Source: Solirubrobacteraceae bacterium
GTDB taxonomy: Bacteria; Actinomycetota; Thermoleophilia; Solirubrobacterales; Solirubrobacteraceae
Direction: 5' to 3'
DNA length: 64,000 bases
Assembly: GCA_036510495.1 (NCBI GenBank)
Contig: DATCDV010000004.1
Span: forward strand, 128,872 to 192,871
This document shows positions 7,820-17,142 of this stretch, one piece after another. Every line of letters begins with the position of its first letter. Position 1 is the first letter of the stretch. The notes below the pieces were generated by a model. That model worked only from the letters and a program-made list of their open reading frames with translations. It made no database searches and had not been told where the DNA came from. The translations under genes and the position numbers were made by a program.

Positions 7820-8750
7820 GCAACTCCTCCGTCTGTGTCAATCAACTCTGCTACGAACTCGTCGCTGAGTCTCCCTGCGAACACAGGTCGCGCCCAGCCT
7901 GTCAGGTTGACGTGGCAATCCTCTCCGACCTCAACGTTCAGCTCTCCCCCTTCTAGCAGCACGGTTGCGTGCGCGGGCCCTCCGCGCAGATGGTTGGCCA
8001 CCGCGGCGCCCGTGGCGCCGGTGCCAGAGGAGAGCGTCTCCCCTACCCCGCGCTCGAAGATCCGCGCGCGGATCGAGCCCACGCTCAGGACCCGCTCCTC
8101 GTCTCCGCCGTCGCCTCCGTTCTCGGGCCCACCATCGCCCTCGCGCGTGACGGACCCTACCTGCGTGTACCACGACACGTTCGTGCGGTTTGGGAACAGC
8201 TCGTGCGCTTCGATCGCAGGCCCGATGCTCGGCAGGTCCAGCGCGTTCAAGGTAGCCAGGTCCTCGACGTGGATGGCGCACTGGGGATTGCCGATCGACA
8301 CGTGCTGAAAGCTCCACGCACGGCCGTCGGCGACGAGCTCGCCACGACCGTCCGCGGGGCCGGCAGGGAAATCCTTGGACGTGAGCCGTGCGTGGCCCAT
8401 ATCGACCCGACACGTGTCGGGGCCCGTGATCGTCGGGCGTATCTCCCCTGCGGCGGTCTGGATCGAGAAGACGTCCTGGTCTGTCCAACCGCGCCGGCGC
8501 AGATAGAGGATCGCCTCACGTGCACCGTTGCCAGATAGCTCAGCCTCGGAGCCATCGGGGTTATAGATGCGCAGATGGGCAACAAAGCGCCGGTCCTCGG
8601 AGGGGGCGAGCAGCAACACCCCGTCGGCGAACACGCCGAAGTGGCCCGCGCACAGCTTGCGGATGCGCGCAGGTGTCAGCTCGAACGGCAGCTCTGCCCG
8701 CTCCACGATCATGTAGTCGTTGCCGAGTGCTTGCCACTTCTCGAACCTCA
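7816..8750 (-). CDS. dapF: Diaminopimelate epimerase
   Basis: KWQALGNDY, NPDGSEAELSGNG, SIGNP, FPNRTNV, ERGVGETLSSGTG (the catalytic Cys positions read as Ser in both motifs). Confidence 0.88.
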
Positions 8751-8838
8751 TGTGACACACCACCGGTTCATGTGATCCGCGGGGCAGGCGGGGTGGGGCG
8801 ACATCTGTTGAGTGCGAGTTGCCATGCGGCGCGAGAGT

Positions 8839-9076
8839 CTAGGCGCTCGACCCATCAGACCGTGACCCCAGCCTGGGCGCTTGACCCTTCAGGTCGCGAC
8901 TCCAGGCTAGGCGCTCGACCTTTCAGACCGTGACCCCAGCCTAGGCCCTTGACCCTTCAGACCGCGACCCCAGCCTAGGCCCTTGACCCTTCAGACCGCG
9001 ACCTCAGCCTAGGCCCTTGACCCTTCAGGTCGCGACCCCAGCCTAGGCCCTCGACCCATCAGACCGCGACTCCAGC
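8839..9076. repeat. Tandem array of 7 x 34-bp units overlapping the miaA 3' end
   Basis: Units start at 8839, 8873, 8907, 8941, 8975, 9009, 9043; consensus CTAGGCCCTTGACCCTTCAGACCGCGACCCCAGC; no spacers. Confidence 0.95.
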
Positions 9077-9984
9077 CGGTCCAACGCAAGGGCTATCTCC
9101 CCTGCCGCCTCCTCGGCTGTGCGCTCACTTAGGTCGAGCAGATGGACCCCAGCGAGCTTGCGCATCCACGTGAGCTGGCGGCGCGCGTAGTTGCGCGTGT
9201 GGCGCTTCATTGCCTCCACGTCGTCTGAGAGCAACTGCTCGAAGCCGAGCGCCTTGCGTGCCGCCGCGCTGGCTCCGGCCGCGTGTGCGCGCAACACCTC
9301 CTCGCGCACTCCCGCGGCGAGCATCGCCTCCACACGTGCGTCTATGCGTGCGTACAGCGTCTCTCGTTCCATCACCAGTCCCATCAGCAGCGTGGGCTGG
9401 CGCATGTCCTCGGTCCACAACTGCGATGGTCCGCTGGGTGGCTCCAACTCACCCGCGTCGAGCAGCTCGAGTGAGCGCACGATGCGCTGGCGGTCGTTCG
9501 GATCGATTCCCTGCGCCGCCCACGGCGCACGCTGCGCGAGCTGAGCGTGCAAGGCAGGTGCACCGTAGCGTTCGAGCTCAGCCGTCCAGCGCTCGCGCAC
9601 GCCCTCCGGCGGCGGTGGGCGCAGGTCGAGCTCGGTGAGCGCCGCGCGCAGATACAAGCCGGTCCCTCCGACCACTATTGGCCTGCGGTCTTCGGCGAGG
9701 GCGTCGTCGATCTCGGCGTGTGCCAGATCCGCATACTGCCCGGCGCTGAAGCTCGCGTCGATCGGCAGGAACGACACGAGCCTGTGCTCGAGCTTGCTCT
9801 GCTCGGCCCGTGTGGCCACCCCCGTGAGCGTCTCGATGCCTTCGTAGACCTGCAGGGCATCCGCCGATATCGCCACGGGCCGCTCCCCGCGTGCGCTGAG
9901 ACGGCTCGCGAGAGCAATGGCCACGGCCGTCTTGCCGACGCCGGTCGGTCCGAACAGTGCGATCACATGCGCGCGCGAGGACAT
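9043..9984 (-). CDS. miaA: tRNA dimethylallyltransferase
   Basis: GPTGVGKT, SADALQVY, VGGTGLY, TRNYARRQLTW; start placed at ATG 9984 (MSSRAHVIALFG). Confidence 0.95.
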   Translation of the reverse strand: MSSRAHVIALFGPTGVGKTAVAIALASRLSARGERPVAISADALQVYEGIETLTGVATRAEQSKLEHRLVSFLPIDASFSAGQYADLAHAEIDDALAEDRRPIVVGGTGLYLRAALTELDLRPPPPEGVRERWTAELERYGAPALHAQLAQRAPWAAQGIDPNDRQRIVRSLELLDAGELEPPSGPSQLWTEDMRQPTLLMGLVMERETLYARIDARVEAMLAAGVREEVLRAHAAGASAAARKALGFEQLLSDDVEAMKRHTRNYARRQLTWMRKLAGVHLLDLSERTAEEAAGEIALALDRLESRSDGSRA

Positions 9985-10003
9985 TGCCGTAGGCTTGCAG
10001 CTC

Positions 10004-10795
10004 ATGCAGATCTCCGGCTCCAAGGTGCTCGTCACCGGCGCGACCGGTGGCCTCGGCCACGCGATCGCCCGCGCCCTGTCCGCCCAGGGCGCCCAGCTCA
10101 TCCTCAGCGGACGGCGCCTGGATGTGTTGGAGCCGCTGGCATCCGAGCTGGACGCGCGTGCTCTTGCGGTGGACCTGAGCGACGCCGCGGAGGTGGAGCG
10201 CCTGCTTTCAGAGGCGGGCGAGGTCGACATCCTGGTGGCCAATGCCGCTCTCCCGGGCAGTGGCAAGCTCGACTCTCTCACGCTCGATCAGATCGACAGC
10301 GCGCTTGAGGTCAACCTGCGCGCTCCGATCGCCATGGCCCATGCCTTGGCACCCGAGATGGTGGCGCGGGGCCGCGGCCACCTGCTGTTCATGTCCTCGC
10401 TCTCGGGTAAGGCCTCGACGGCGGGCAGCTCCATTTACAACGCCACCAAGTTCGGCCTGCGTGGCTTTGCCGGTGCGATGCGCGCCGAGCTGCACGGAAC
10501 CGGCGTGGGTGTGTCCGCCGTCTTCCCGGGCTTCATCCGCGAAGCGGGCATGTTCGCCGACGCGGGCGTGAAGCTGCCGACGGGCGTGGGCACGCGCAGC
10601 CCGGACGATGTCGCCAAGGCTGTGGTGAGAGCGATCGAGCAAAATCGTGGTGAGGTGGATGTCGCGCCGATCGCGTTGCGTCTGGGGTCCACCTTTGCCG
10701 GTATCGCGCCCGAGCTCTCGGCCACGTTCACGCGCAAGTCCGGCAGCGACAAGATCGCATACGACTTGGCCGACGGCCATAAAGCCAAAGCCTAG
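10004..10795 (+). CDS. Short-chain dehydrogenase/reductase
   Basis: TGATGGLG, ANAA, YNATKFG (YxxxK); start at ATG 10004. Confidence 0.93.
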   Translation: MQISGSKVLVTGATGGLGHAIARALSAQGAQLILSGRRLDVLEPLASELDARALAVDLSDAAEVERLLSEAGEVDILVANAALPGSGKLDSLTLDQIDSALEVNLRAPIAMAHALAPEMVARGRGHLLFMSSLSGKASTAGSSIYNATKFGLRGFAGAMRAELHGTGVGVSAVFPGFIREAGMFADAGVKLPTGVGTRSPDDVAKAVVRAIEQNRGEVDVAPIALRLGSTFAGIAPELSATFTRKSGSDKIAYDLADGHKAKA

Positions 10796-10972
10796 GACGC
10801 TCGCTGAGCGGCGCCATGCTGCGCCCGACGTTTCAGGGTCCCCCGGGGCGGGGAGCATAAGAAAGCCTCCTACAAAGTCCTTCGCTTCTACTTAGACGCG
10901 CGTTCCCGTCGCCTTAGGGATGGGCCCCAGGATGGTTGGCGTAACCCGCACCCACCCACCGGAGGTTCGCGT

Positions 10973-11296
10973 ATGAAAAGCAGAGGCATTATCCGAGTAG
11001 GTCTCGTCGTGGGCGCTCTCGCCACGGGCGGAGCTGTTGCCGGCATCGCCGGTGCCGCGGCGGCACCGAGCTCCACGACGCCCACGTCCACCAGCAACAC
11101 GGCGACGCGGCCGTCCACGACGACAACGCCATCGACCGGCACGGCGCCCTCGACGACGCCACCGTCGGGCTCCTCGGGCCACCCCTGCCCGAACATGGGC
11201 GGCAAGTCCGGCTCGTCGGGGTCCAGCTCGGGCTCTGGCTCGAACTCGGGCTCGGCCTATGAAGGCGGCGCCCCGGCAGGTGCCACGACCCAGTAA
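10973..11296 (+). CDS. Small secreted Ser/Thr/Gly-rich hypothetical protein
   Basis: GGAGG SD, signal-peptide-like N-terminus, low-complexity linker, HPCPNMGG motif, downstream terminator. Confidence 0.7.
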   Translation: MKSRGIIRVGLVVGALATGGAVAGIAGAAAAPSSTTPTSTSNTATRPSTTTTPSTGTAPSTTPPSGSSGHPCPNMGGKSGSSGSSSGSGSNSGSAYEGGAPAGATTQ

Positions 11297-11324
11297 TCAC
11301 GGCCCCGTGGGGCTACGCGAATAG

Positions 11325-11364
11325 AGCCTCCCGGGCGGGATTGTCCCACCGCCCGGGAGGCTTT
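11325..11364. terminator. Terminator hairpin between the small protein gene and convergent recA
   Basis: 14-bp stem AGCCTCCCGGGCGG/CCGCCCGGGAGGCT followed by TT. Confidence 0.75.
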
Positions 11365-11393
11365 CGCTATCCACGTTTGCCTCGACTGCGCTG

Positions 11394-12503
11394 TCAGGCT
11401 GCTCGCGTGTCCGCCTCTGCCTCCACCGGCTCTGGTGCTACTACTGCCAGTGGGGTCTCCGTGCCTTGGATCGGCCTGACCTTGTCGGCCCCGATTCCCA
11501 GCGCCGCGTACACCTTGCGCTCGATCTCACCGGCGATCGCCGGGTTCTGGTCGAGATAGGCCTTCGCGTTGCCACGGCCCTGGCCGAGGCGGTCGTTGCC
11601 GTAGGAGAAGAACGAACCGGACTTCGTGACGATGCCGTGCTCGATCCCGAGGTCCACGAGGCAACCGGAGGTCGAGATGCCCTTGCCGAACTCGATGTCG
11701 AACTCGGCTTGGCGGAAGGGGGCGGCGAGCTTGTTCTTGACCACCTTCACGCGTACCCGGTTGCCGACCGCCTCGGTGCCGTCCTTCAGCGTCTCGATGC
11801 GGCGGATGTCAAGGCGCTGGGAGGCATAGAACTTCAATGCACGCCCACCGGGCTGGGTCTCGGGCGAGCCAAACATGACGCCGACCTTTTCGCGGATCTG
11901 GTTGGTCAGGATGCAGAGCGTCTGGGTGCGGTTCAGGTTGCCGGCGATCTTGCGCATCGCCTGGGACATCATGCGCGCCTGCGCCCCCACCGTCTGATCG
12001 CCCATCTGGCCCTCGAGCTCCACGCGCGGGGTGAGCGCGGCGACCGAATCGATCGCGACGACATCCACGGCCCCTGAGCGCACGAGCATGTCGGCGATCT
12101 CAAGCGCCTGCTCGCCATAGTCGGGCTGGGAGACAAGCAGCTCGTCGATGTCCACGCCGATCTCCTTGGCGTACAGCGGGTCCATCGCGTGCTCGGCGTC
12201 GATGAACGCGCACACTCCCCCGAGCCGCTGGGCTTCGGCGAGCACGTGGTAGATGAGCGTTGTCTTGCCCGAGGACTCCGGGCCGAACACCTCGACGATG
12301 CGCCCCTTCGGTACGCCGCCGATGCCGAGCGCCAGGTCGAGCGATAGCGCGCCCGTGGGGATCGCGTCCACGCGCACCTGCGCGCCCTCGTCGCCCATGC
12401 GCATGACCGAGCCCTTGCCGAACTCGCGCTCGATCTGGCCCAGCGCGCCCTGCAGGGCCGCGTCGCGCGCCTTTGCGGCCTTCTCCTCATCGGTCACGGG
12501 CAT
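11394..12503 (-). CDS. recA: Recombinase RecA
   Basis: [43 protein letters not shown]; AGGAGG SD. Confidence 0.99.
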   Translation of the reverse strand: MPVTDEEKAAKARDAALQGALGQIEREFGKGSVMRMGDEGAQVRVDAIPTGALSLDLALGIGGVPKGRIVEVFGPESSGKTTLIYHVLAEAQRLGGVCAFIDAEHAMDPLYAKEIGVDIDELLVSQPDYGEQALEIADMLVRSGAVDVVAIDSVAALTPRVELEGQMGDQTVGAQARMMSQAMRKIAGNLNRTQTLCILTNQIREKVGVMFGSPETQPGGRALKFYASQRLDIRRIETLKDGTEAVGNRVRVKVVKNKLAAPFRQAEFDIEFGKGISTSGCLVDLGIEHGIVTKSGSFFSYGNDRLGQGRGNAKAYLDQNPAIAGEIERKVYAALGIGADKVRPIQGTETPLAVVAPEPVEAEADTRAA

Positions 12504-12567
12504 CGTCTTTGCTCCTCCTGTCGAAGTTGGAGGCTACAAGCTAGAGGGGGCGCCGGACGGAACGATA

Positions 12568-12581
12568 CGAACACGCGTTCG
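12568..12581. promoter_or_regulatory. LexA (SOS) box upstream of recA
   Basis: CGAAC-ACGC-GTTCG matches the Gram-positive/actinobacterial CGAAC-N4-GTTCG consensus, about 65 bp upstream of recA. Confidence 0.9.
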
Positions 12582-12728
12582 TGTTCTTTGCGGGCGGGCT
12601 CCAGCCCCCACCGCGTCCGCCGCCGGCTGTCGGTGAGTCCCCTGTACGACCGGCCCCCCGTGCGCGCGCGGACACCCTCTTTCGCGACCATCACAGCCGA
12701 CTGCCTGCGCCGCCGGCGTCGCTTTCGC

Positions 12729-14150
12729 TCAGCCGATGGCGCGGGCCACAAGGCTCTCCTCGCCGGAGAGGGTCTGGCTGGTGGCGGCCGTGATCTGCAC
12801 CTGCGCGAACTCTCCGGGGGCCGCGAGTCCCGCGAAGTTGACGGCCTTGTTGTGGCTCGTGCGTCCACGCTGGCGCTCGGGATTTGTGCGTGAGGGGCCT
12901 TCGACCAGCACCTCCACCGTGCGACCCACGAAGCGCTGGGCGCGCTCCAGGGCACGCCGCTGGACCACCTCCAAAAGGCGCTCCATGCGCTCCACCTTGA
13001 CCGGATGGGCCACGATCCCCTCGGTTATCTCGGCCGCCTCCGTGCCCCGGCGGGGCGAGAACACGAACGTGAACGCGCTGTCGTAGCCCACCTGCTCGGC
13101 CACCGCAAGCGTCTGCTCGAAGTCATCCTCGGTCTCACCCGGGAAGCCGACGATGATGTCTGTCGTGAGCGACACGTCGGGCACGTGCTCGCGAATCAAT
13201 GCCACGCGGTCCAGGTAGCGCTCACGATCGTAGGTACGGCGCATTGCCTTCAGAATGCGACTCGAGCCCGATTGCAGCGGCAGGTGGATGTGCTCGCACA
13301 CGCTCGCGAGCTCCGCGTGCGCCCGGATCACATCCTCGCGCATGTCCTTCGGGTGCGGGCTTGTGTAGCGGATGCGCTCGATCCCGTCGATCGCGTCGAT
13401 CGCGTGCAGCAGCTCCGCGAAAGTGCGGGAACGGCGACCGCCTTCGGCTCGTGGTCCCCCCGCGTGCGCAGGGGGCGCCCCGTTTAGAACGTCAAGGCCA
13501 TCGCCCTGGGGCACCCCTACCCCATTACGAGCCACGAGTAGGTCGCGTCCGTAGGAGTTGACGTTCTGGCCGAGCAAGGTCACCTCGCGCACGCCATCGG
13601 CTGCCATCGTGCGCACCTCGGCCACCAGCTCCTCGAGTGGCCTCGACACCTCGCGCCCGCGCGTGCTCGGCACGATGCAATAGGAGCAGCGGCAATTGCA
13701 CCCCACGCTGATCTGCAGCCAGCCCTGGAACGCACGCGCCCGCTTGGCGGGCAGGTGGCCGGTGAAGCCCTCGAACTCGAAGTAGCCCTGCGCCGTGAGC
13801 GAGTCGCTTGTCAGGAACTCGGCGAGCTTGTGCGTCTGGCCAGGGCCGAACGCGACGTCGACGAACGGGAAGCGCTCGAACACCTCCTCCTTGACGGACT
13901 GCGCCCAGCAGCCGCCCACGCCCACGACGCGCTCGGGCTGTTCGCGCTTCAGGCGCTTGGCCTCCCCCAAGTGCGCCACGAAGCGGCTATCCGCCGTCTC
14001 ACGGATCGAGCACGTGTTGAACAGGATCAGGTCGGCTTCGCCGCGCTCGGGCGCCTCGCTGTAGCCAAGCGACTCGAGCATCCCCTTCATGCGCTCGGAG
14101 TCGTGCTCGTTCATTTGACAGCCGAAGGTCGTCAGGTGGTAGCGCTTCAT
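12729..14150 (-). CDS. miaB: tRNA methylthiotransferase MiaB
   Basis: TFGCQMNEHDS, NTCSIRE, GCNCRCSYCIVP radical-SAM motif, C-terminal TRAM domain. Confidence 0.97.
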   Translation of the reverse strand: MKRYHLTTFGCQMNEHDSERMKGMLESLGYSEAPERGEADLILFNTCSIRETADSRFVAHLGEAKRLKREQPERVVGVGGCWAQSVKEEVFERFPFVDVAFGPGQTHKLAEFLTSDSLTAQGYFEFEGFTGHLPAKRARAFQGWLQISVGCNCRCSYCIVPSTRGREVSRPLEELVAEVRTMAADGVREVTLLGQNVNSYGRDLLVARNGVGVPQGDGLDVLNGAPPAHAGGPRAEGGRRSRTFAELLHAIDAIDGIERIRYTSPHPKDMREDVIRAHAELASVCEHIHLPLQSGSSRILKAMRRTYDRERYLDRVALIREHVPDVSLTTDIIVGFPGETEDDFEQTLAVAEQVGYDSAFTFVFSPRRGTEAAEITEGIVAHPVKVERMERLLEVVQRRALERAQRFVGRTVEVLVEGPSRTNPERQRGRTSHNKAVNFAGLAAPGEFAQVQITAATSQTLSGEESLVARAIG

Positions 14151-14183
14151 GGTCCACGAAGGGTAACGCGGCGTCGATGGAAG

Positions 14184-14795
14184 TCAGCCGAGCGCTTGAG
14201 CCGCGACCGCTTCATAGCTTGCGCCCTGGGGTGAGAGCCACGAGCGATACAGCACCACTTCGCGGGGGGTGAACGAGGCCGAGGGGGTGGGTGGCAGCGT
14301 GCGCTGTCGCGGAGCCGTGCCACGGCCCAGGCGGGCGACGGTTACGTGAGGGTGAAAGCGTCGCTTGGCGCCCGTGGCGCTCACGCCTGTGTGCGCGGCG
14401 CCGTTCGCTTGCCAGCCGCTGACCTGTTGCATCGCGGTCACGACCTCGGCTTGCAGCTTGGCAAGCCTGCCGCGCTCGTCGTGGAGCTCCACAGCCAGCG
14501 CGCGCGGGCTGCGCTCGGGCAGCCACAGGGGCGCGCCAAGCGACAGCTCGCCCGCCTTTGCGCCGCACACCGCTATCTGCTCGGCGAGCATGTCCATCTC
14601 CACCACCGGCCGGTTGCCGAGGAAGCACAGGGTCACGTGCAACAGCTCGGGGTCGAGCAGGCGCAGCGACGCGTTTGTGAGCTCGCGATCACTGCCTGCG
14701 CCCGCGGCTTCGCGCGCCCACGCGCATAGCCGCGCGCGCACCTCCTCGGGAGGATCGACCGCGACGAACAGGCGCGCTGTGGGGCTCCTGATCAC
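14184..14795 (-). CDS. thpR: RNA 2',3'-cyclic phosphodiesterase (2'-5' RNA ligase family)
   Basis: Two HxT motifs (LHVTLCFLG, FHPHVTVAR); follows cinA. Confidence 0.9.
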   Translation of the reverse strand: MIRSPTARLFVAVDPPEEVRARLCAWAREAAGAGSDRELTNASLRLLDPELLHVTLCFLGNRPVVEMDMLAEQIAVCGAKAGELSLGAPLWLPERSPRALAVELHDERGRLAKLQAEVVTAMQQVSGWQANGAAHTGVSATGAKRRFHPHVTVARLGRGTAPRQRTLPPTPSASFTPREVVLYRSWLSPQGASYEAVAAQALG

Positions 14796-14825
14796 ATTCT
14801 CAGCGTACCCCGGAGCGAGACACGC

Positions 14826-16226
14826 TTACCGGGGCCCGGCCGGCGTCGGCTGGGGCTCGCGCTCACCGTCCCGCTCACCGTCGAGAAGGCGGCGGAGCAT
14901 GTGCATCGCGACGAGCGCGGCCCGTTCGCGTATGTCCGCCCTGGCGCCCGGCAGGCGCACAGAGCGCGTCAGGCTCGCGCCCTGGGGAGCGGAGACGCAG
15001 ATCCACACGAGTCCTACCGGCTTCTCCTCACTGCCTCCGCCGGGGCCCGCTATTCCGGTGATCCCCACCCCGACATCCGCGCCGAGCTTCGCTCGCGCGC
15101 CATCGGCAAGCGCTTGCGCCACCTGCTCGGACACGGCGCCGTGCTGCCCGATCGTCTCACGCTCCACGCCCACCTGGGCGATCTTGGCCTCATCGGAGTA
15201 GGCCACGATTCCGCCAAGCACGTACTCCGAGGCGCCCGGTGGGTCCGTCAAGCGGGCCAACAGCAAACCGCCCGTGCACGACTCGGCCACGGCGACAGTG
15301 CGCGGCATCCCCGTCGAGCTGCTTCGCTCGGCGTCATCGAATCGATCGAGATCGGCCGGCGCGACTCGCTCGCCGCGCAGCAGCGCCGCCACCTGCGTGT
15401 CGATCGTGGTGCCATCGGTCGAGTAGAGCGTGTCGGCGTGGCGCGTCGCGACGATCTGTGCGAACTCGTCATACGTCTTCTGGGCGTCGGGCTCATAGCG
15501 CGTGACGATCTCGATCTCACCGCTGCGCAGGCAGGTCGTGATCTCGAGCCGGCCCAGGTCGATGCCCTCGCGCTCGGCGGCGCGCAGCGTCTCCGCGATC
15601 TCGGACTCCGGTATCCCGAACAGGCGCAGCATCTCCTGGCGATAGGCGCGCGCGCCGGCGACGGCCGCCAGCCACGCCTCGGTCCTCACCGCCTGGTGCC
15701 ACATCGGCTGCAGCTCGCGCGGCGGGCCCGGCAACACGACGATCGTCGGGCCAGTGCGCCCATCGGCAGGGGTGACGAGGAGGCCTGGCGCGGTACCCAC
15801 CGGCTCGAGCACGGTCGAACCACGCGGGATCGTCGCCTGCTTGCGATTGCCGTGGGCGATCGCGTCGCGGTCCAGGTTGGGGTAGCGCGCGGCGAGCGGG
15901 CGCAGGATCTCGGCGATGCGACCCTCAAGCGCCTCGTCCAGCACCATCTCGCGGGCCTGGAAGGCGCCCACGACCTCGGCAGTCAGATCGTCGGCCGTTG
16001 GGCCCAAGCCACCGCTCGTGAGCACGACGTCAAGGCCCTCCTGCGCCATGAAGCGCAGCGCACCCTCGAGGTCCCGCGGCCGGTCGCCAACGATCGCGAT
16101 GTGGGCCAGGTCGATCCCGGCCTCCAGCAGACGATCGGCAAGCCACGGGCCGTTGCGGTCGCGTACTCGTCCACTCAGCACCTCGGTGCCGGTCACGAGG
16201 ATGCCGGCGCGCGGGGCGTCGCTCAT
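14826..16226 (-). CDS. cinA: CinA family competence/damage-inducible protein (NMN deamidase domain)
   Basis: [41 protein letters not shown]. Confidence 0.93.
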   Translation of the reverse strand: MSDAPRAGILVTGTEVLSGRVRDRNGPWLADRLLEAGIDLAHIAIVGDRPRDLEGALRFMAQEGLDVVLTSGGLGPTADDLTAEVVGAFQAREMVLDEALEGRIAEILRPLAARYPNLDRDAIAHGNRKQATIPRGSTVLEPVGTAPGLLVTPADGRTGPTIVVLPGPPRELQPMWHQAVRTEAWLAAVAGARAYRQEMLRLFGIPESEIAETLRAAEREGIDLGRLEITTCLRSGEIEIVTRYEPDAQKTYDEFAQIVATRHADTLYSTDGTTIDTQVAALLRGERVAPADLDRFDDAERSSSTGMPRTVAVAESCTGGLLLARLTDPPGASEYVLGGIVAYSDEAKIAQVGVERETIGQHGAVSEQVAQALADGARAKLGADVGVGITGIAGPGGGSEEKPVGLVWICVSAPQGASLTRSVRLPGARADIRERAALVAMHMLRRLLDGERDGEREPQPTPAGPR

Positions 16227-17020
16227 CCGCACGAGGGCTGCTGGCTGGCCGTCAACGTATGACGCCCCGCGCTCGTGATCGAGTAGCCGATCGGCTTGCC
16301 CGACGCGGGCACGGTCAGTGCTTTGCCATCGACGTACATCGTCACCGCGTTATTGCCGAGCACGAGCTCGAAGCGCGTCGAGTGATAGGTGCGGGGGGTG
16401 TAGGCGCCCGGTTCGATCGTCTCCCCCGGAATACGCTTGCTGCCCGCGGCGTCTATGAGGCACACGTACACGGGCCCTGTCGGCTTCAGCACGAGGGCGA
16501 CCCGGCCGCTCGCGTCGCTGCGCACCGATGACCTCGAATGCGTCGCCCCGTGGCTGCTGTGACTAGGCTCGTGGGAGGGCTGGGTGCCGGTCGAGCTCGC
16601 CTGGGTCGAGGAGGGACCGCCACCCCCTTTGCCGGACAGCAGGCCCACGAGCAGCAACACGATCAGCACCGCGAAGACCGCCGTGGCGATCACATAGCCG
16701 CGCGAAAGCCCTGGTCTACCCCTACGTGGACGCGAGGGGGTGCGCCGCGGAGGCGACATCACAGGCTGGTGCTCGAGCTCGCTCGGGCGCTCATAGTGCA
16801 AGCGGTATTCGTCGATCAGCGCCTTGGCGTCCAGGCCGAGAGCCTGAGCGTAGGTGCGCAGGAAGGAGCGCACGAAAGTCGGGCCCGGCAGCAGGTCCCA
16901 CTCTTCGTTCTCGAGCGCCCGCAGGTACTTGGCGCGGATCTTCGTCTCGGCCTCGATCTCCGACACGTCGATACGAGCACGCATCCGTGCCTCTCGCAGT
17001 GTCGCTCCGATCTCGGCCAT
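16223..17020 (-). CDS. RodZ-like helix-turn-helix membrane protein
   Basis: IGATLREAR...[31 protein letters not shown], one TM segment, C-terminal LGN motif. Confidence 0.88.
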   Translation of the reverse strand: MAEIGATLREARMRARIDVSEIEAETKIRAKYLRALENEEWDLLPGPTFVRSFLRTYAQALGLDAKALIDEYRLHYERPSELEHQPVMSPPRRTPSRPRRGRPGLSRGYVIATAVFAVLIVLLLVGLLSGKGGGGPSSTQASSTGTQPSHEPSHSSHGATHSRSSVRSDASGRVALVLKPTGPVYVCLIDAAGSKRIPGETIEPGAYTPRTYHSTRFELVLGNNAVTMYVDGKALTVPASGKPIGYSITSAGRHTLTASQQPSCG

Positions 17021-17142
17021 ATCAGTGCAACAGGCTAGTGATTGTTGGCCACAAGAGCGTTATCCGCACACGCGGTTGCGCGCGGTTGAAACACGAACCG
17101 AGCCCTTGCGCTCGCACGCAACCTGATGCCCGAGGCGAGCTG

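Noticed and set aside
8839-9076. CRISPR array
   Set aside because: Units are contiguous with no unique spacers, there are no cas genes, and the array overlaps the miaA coding end
14901-16262. Long antisense or overlapping ORFs (e.g. 14901..16262, 34711..35757, 45028..46023, 5863..6651)
   Set aside because: They are shadows of well-supported genes in high-GC DNA and have no recognisable motifs
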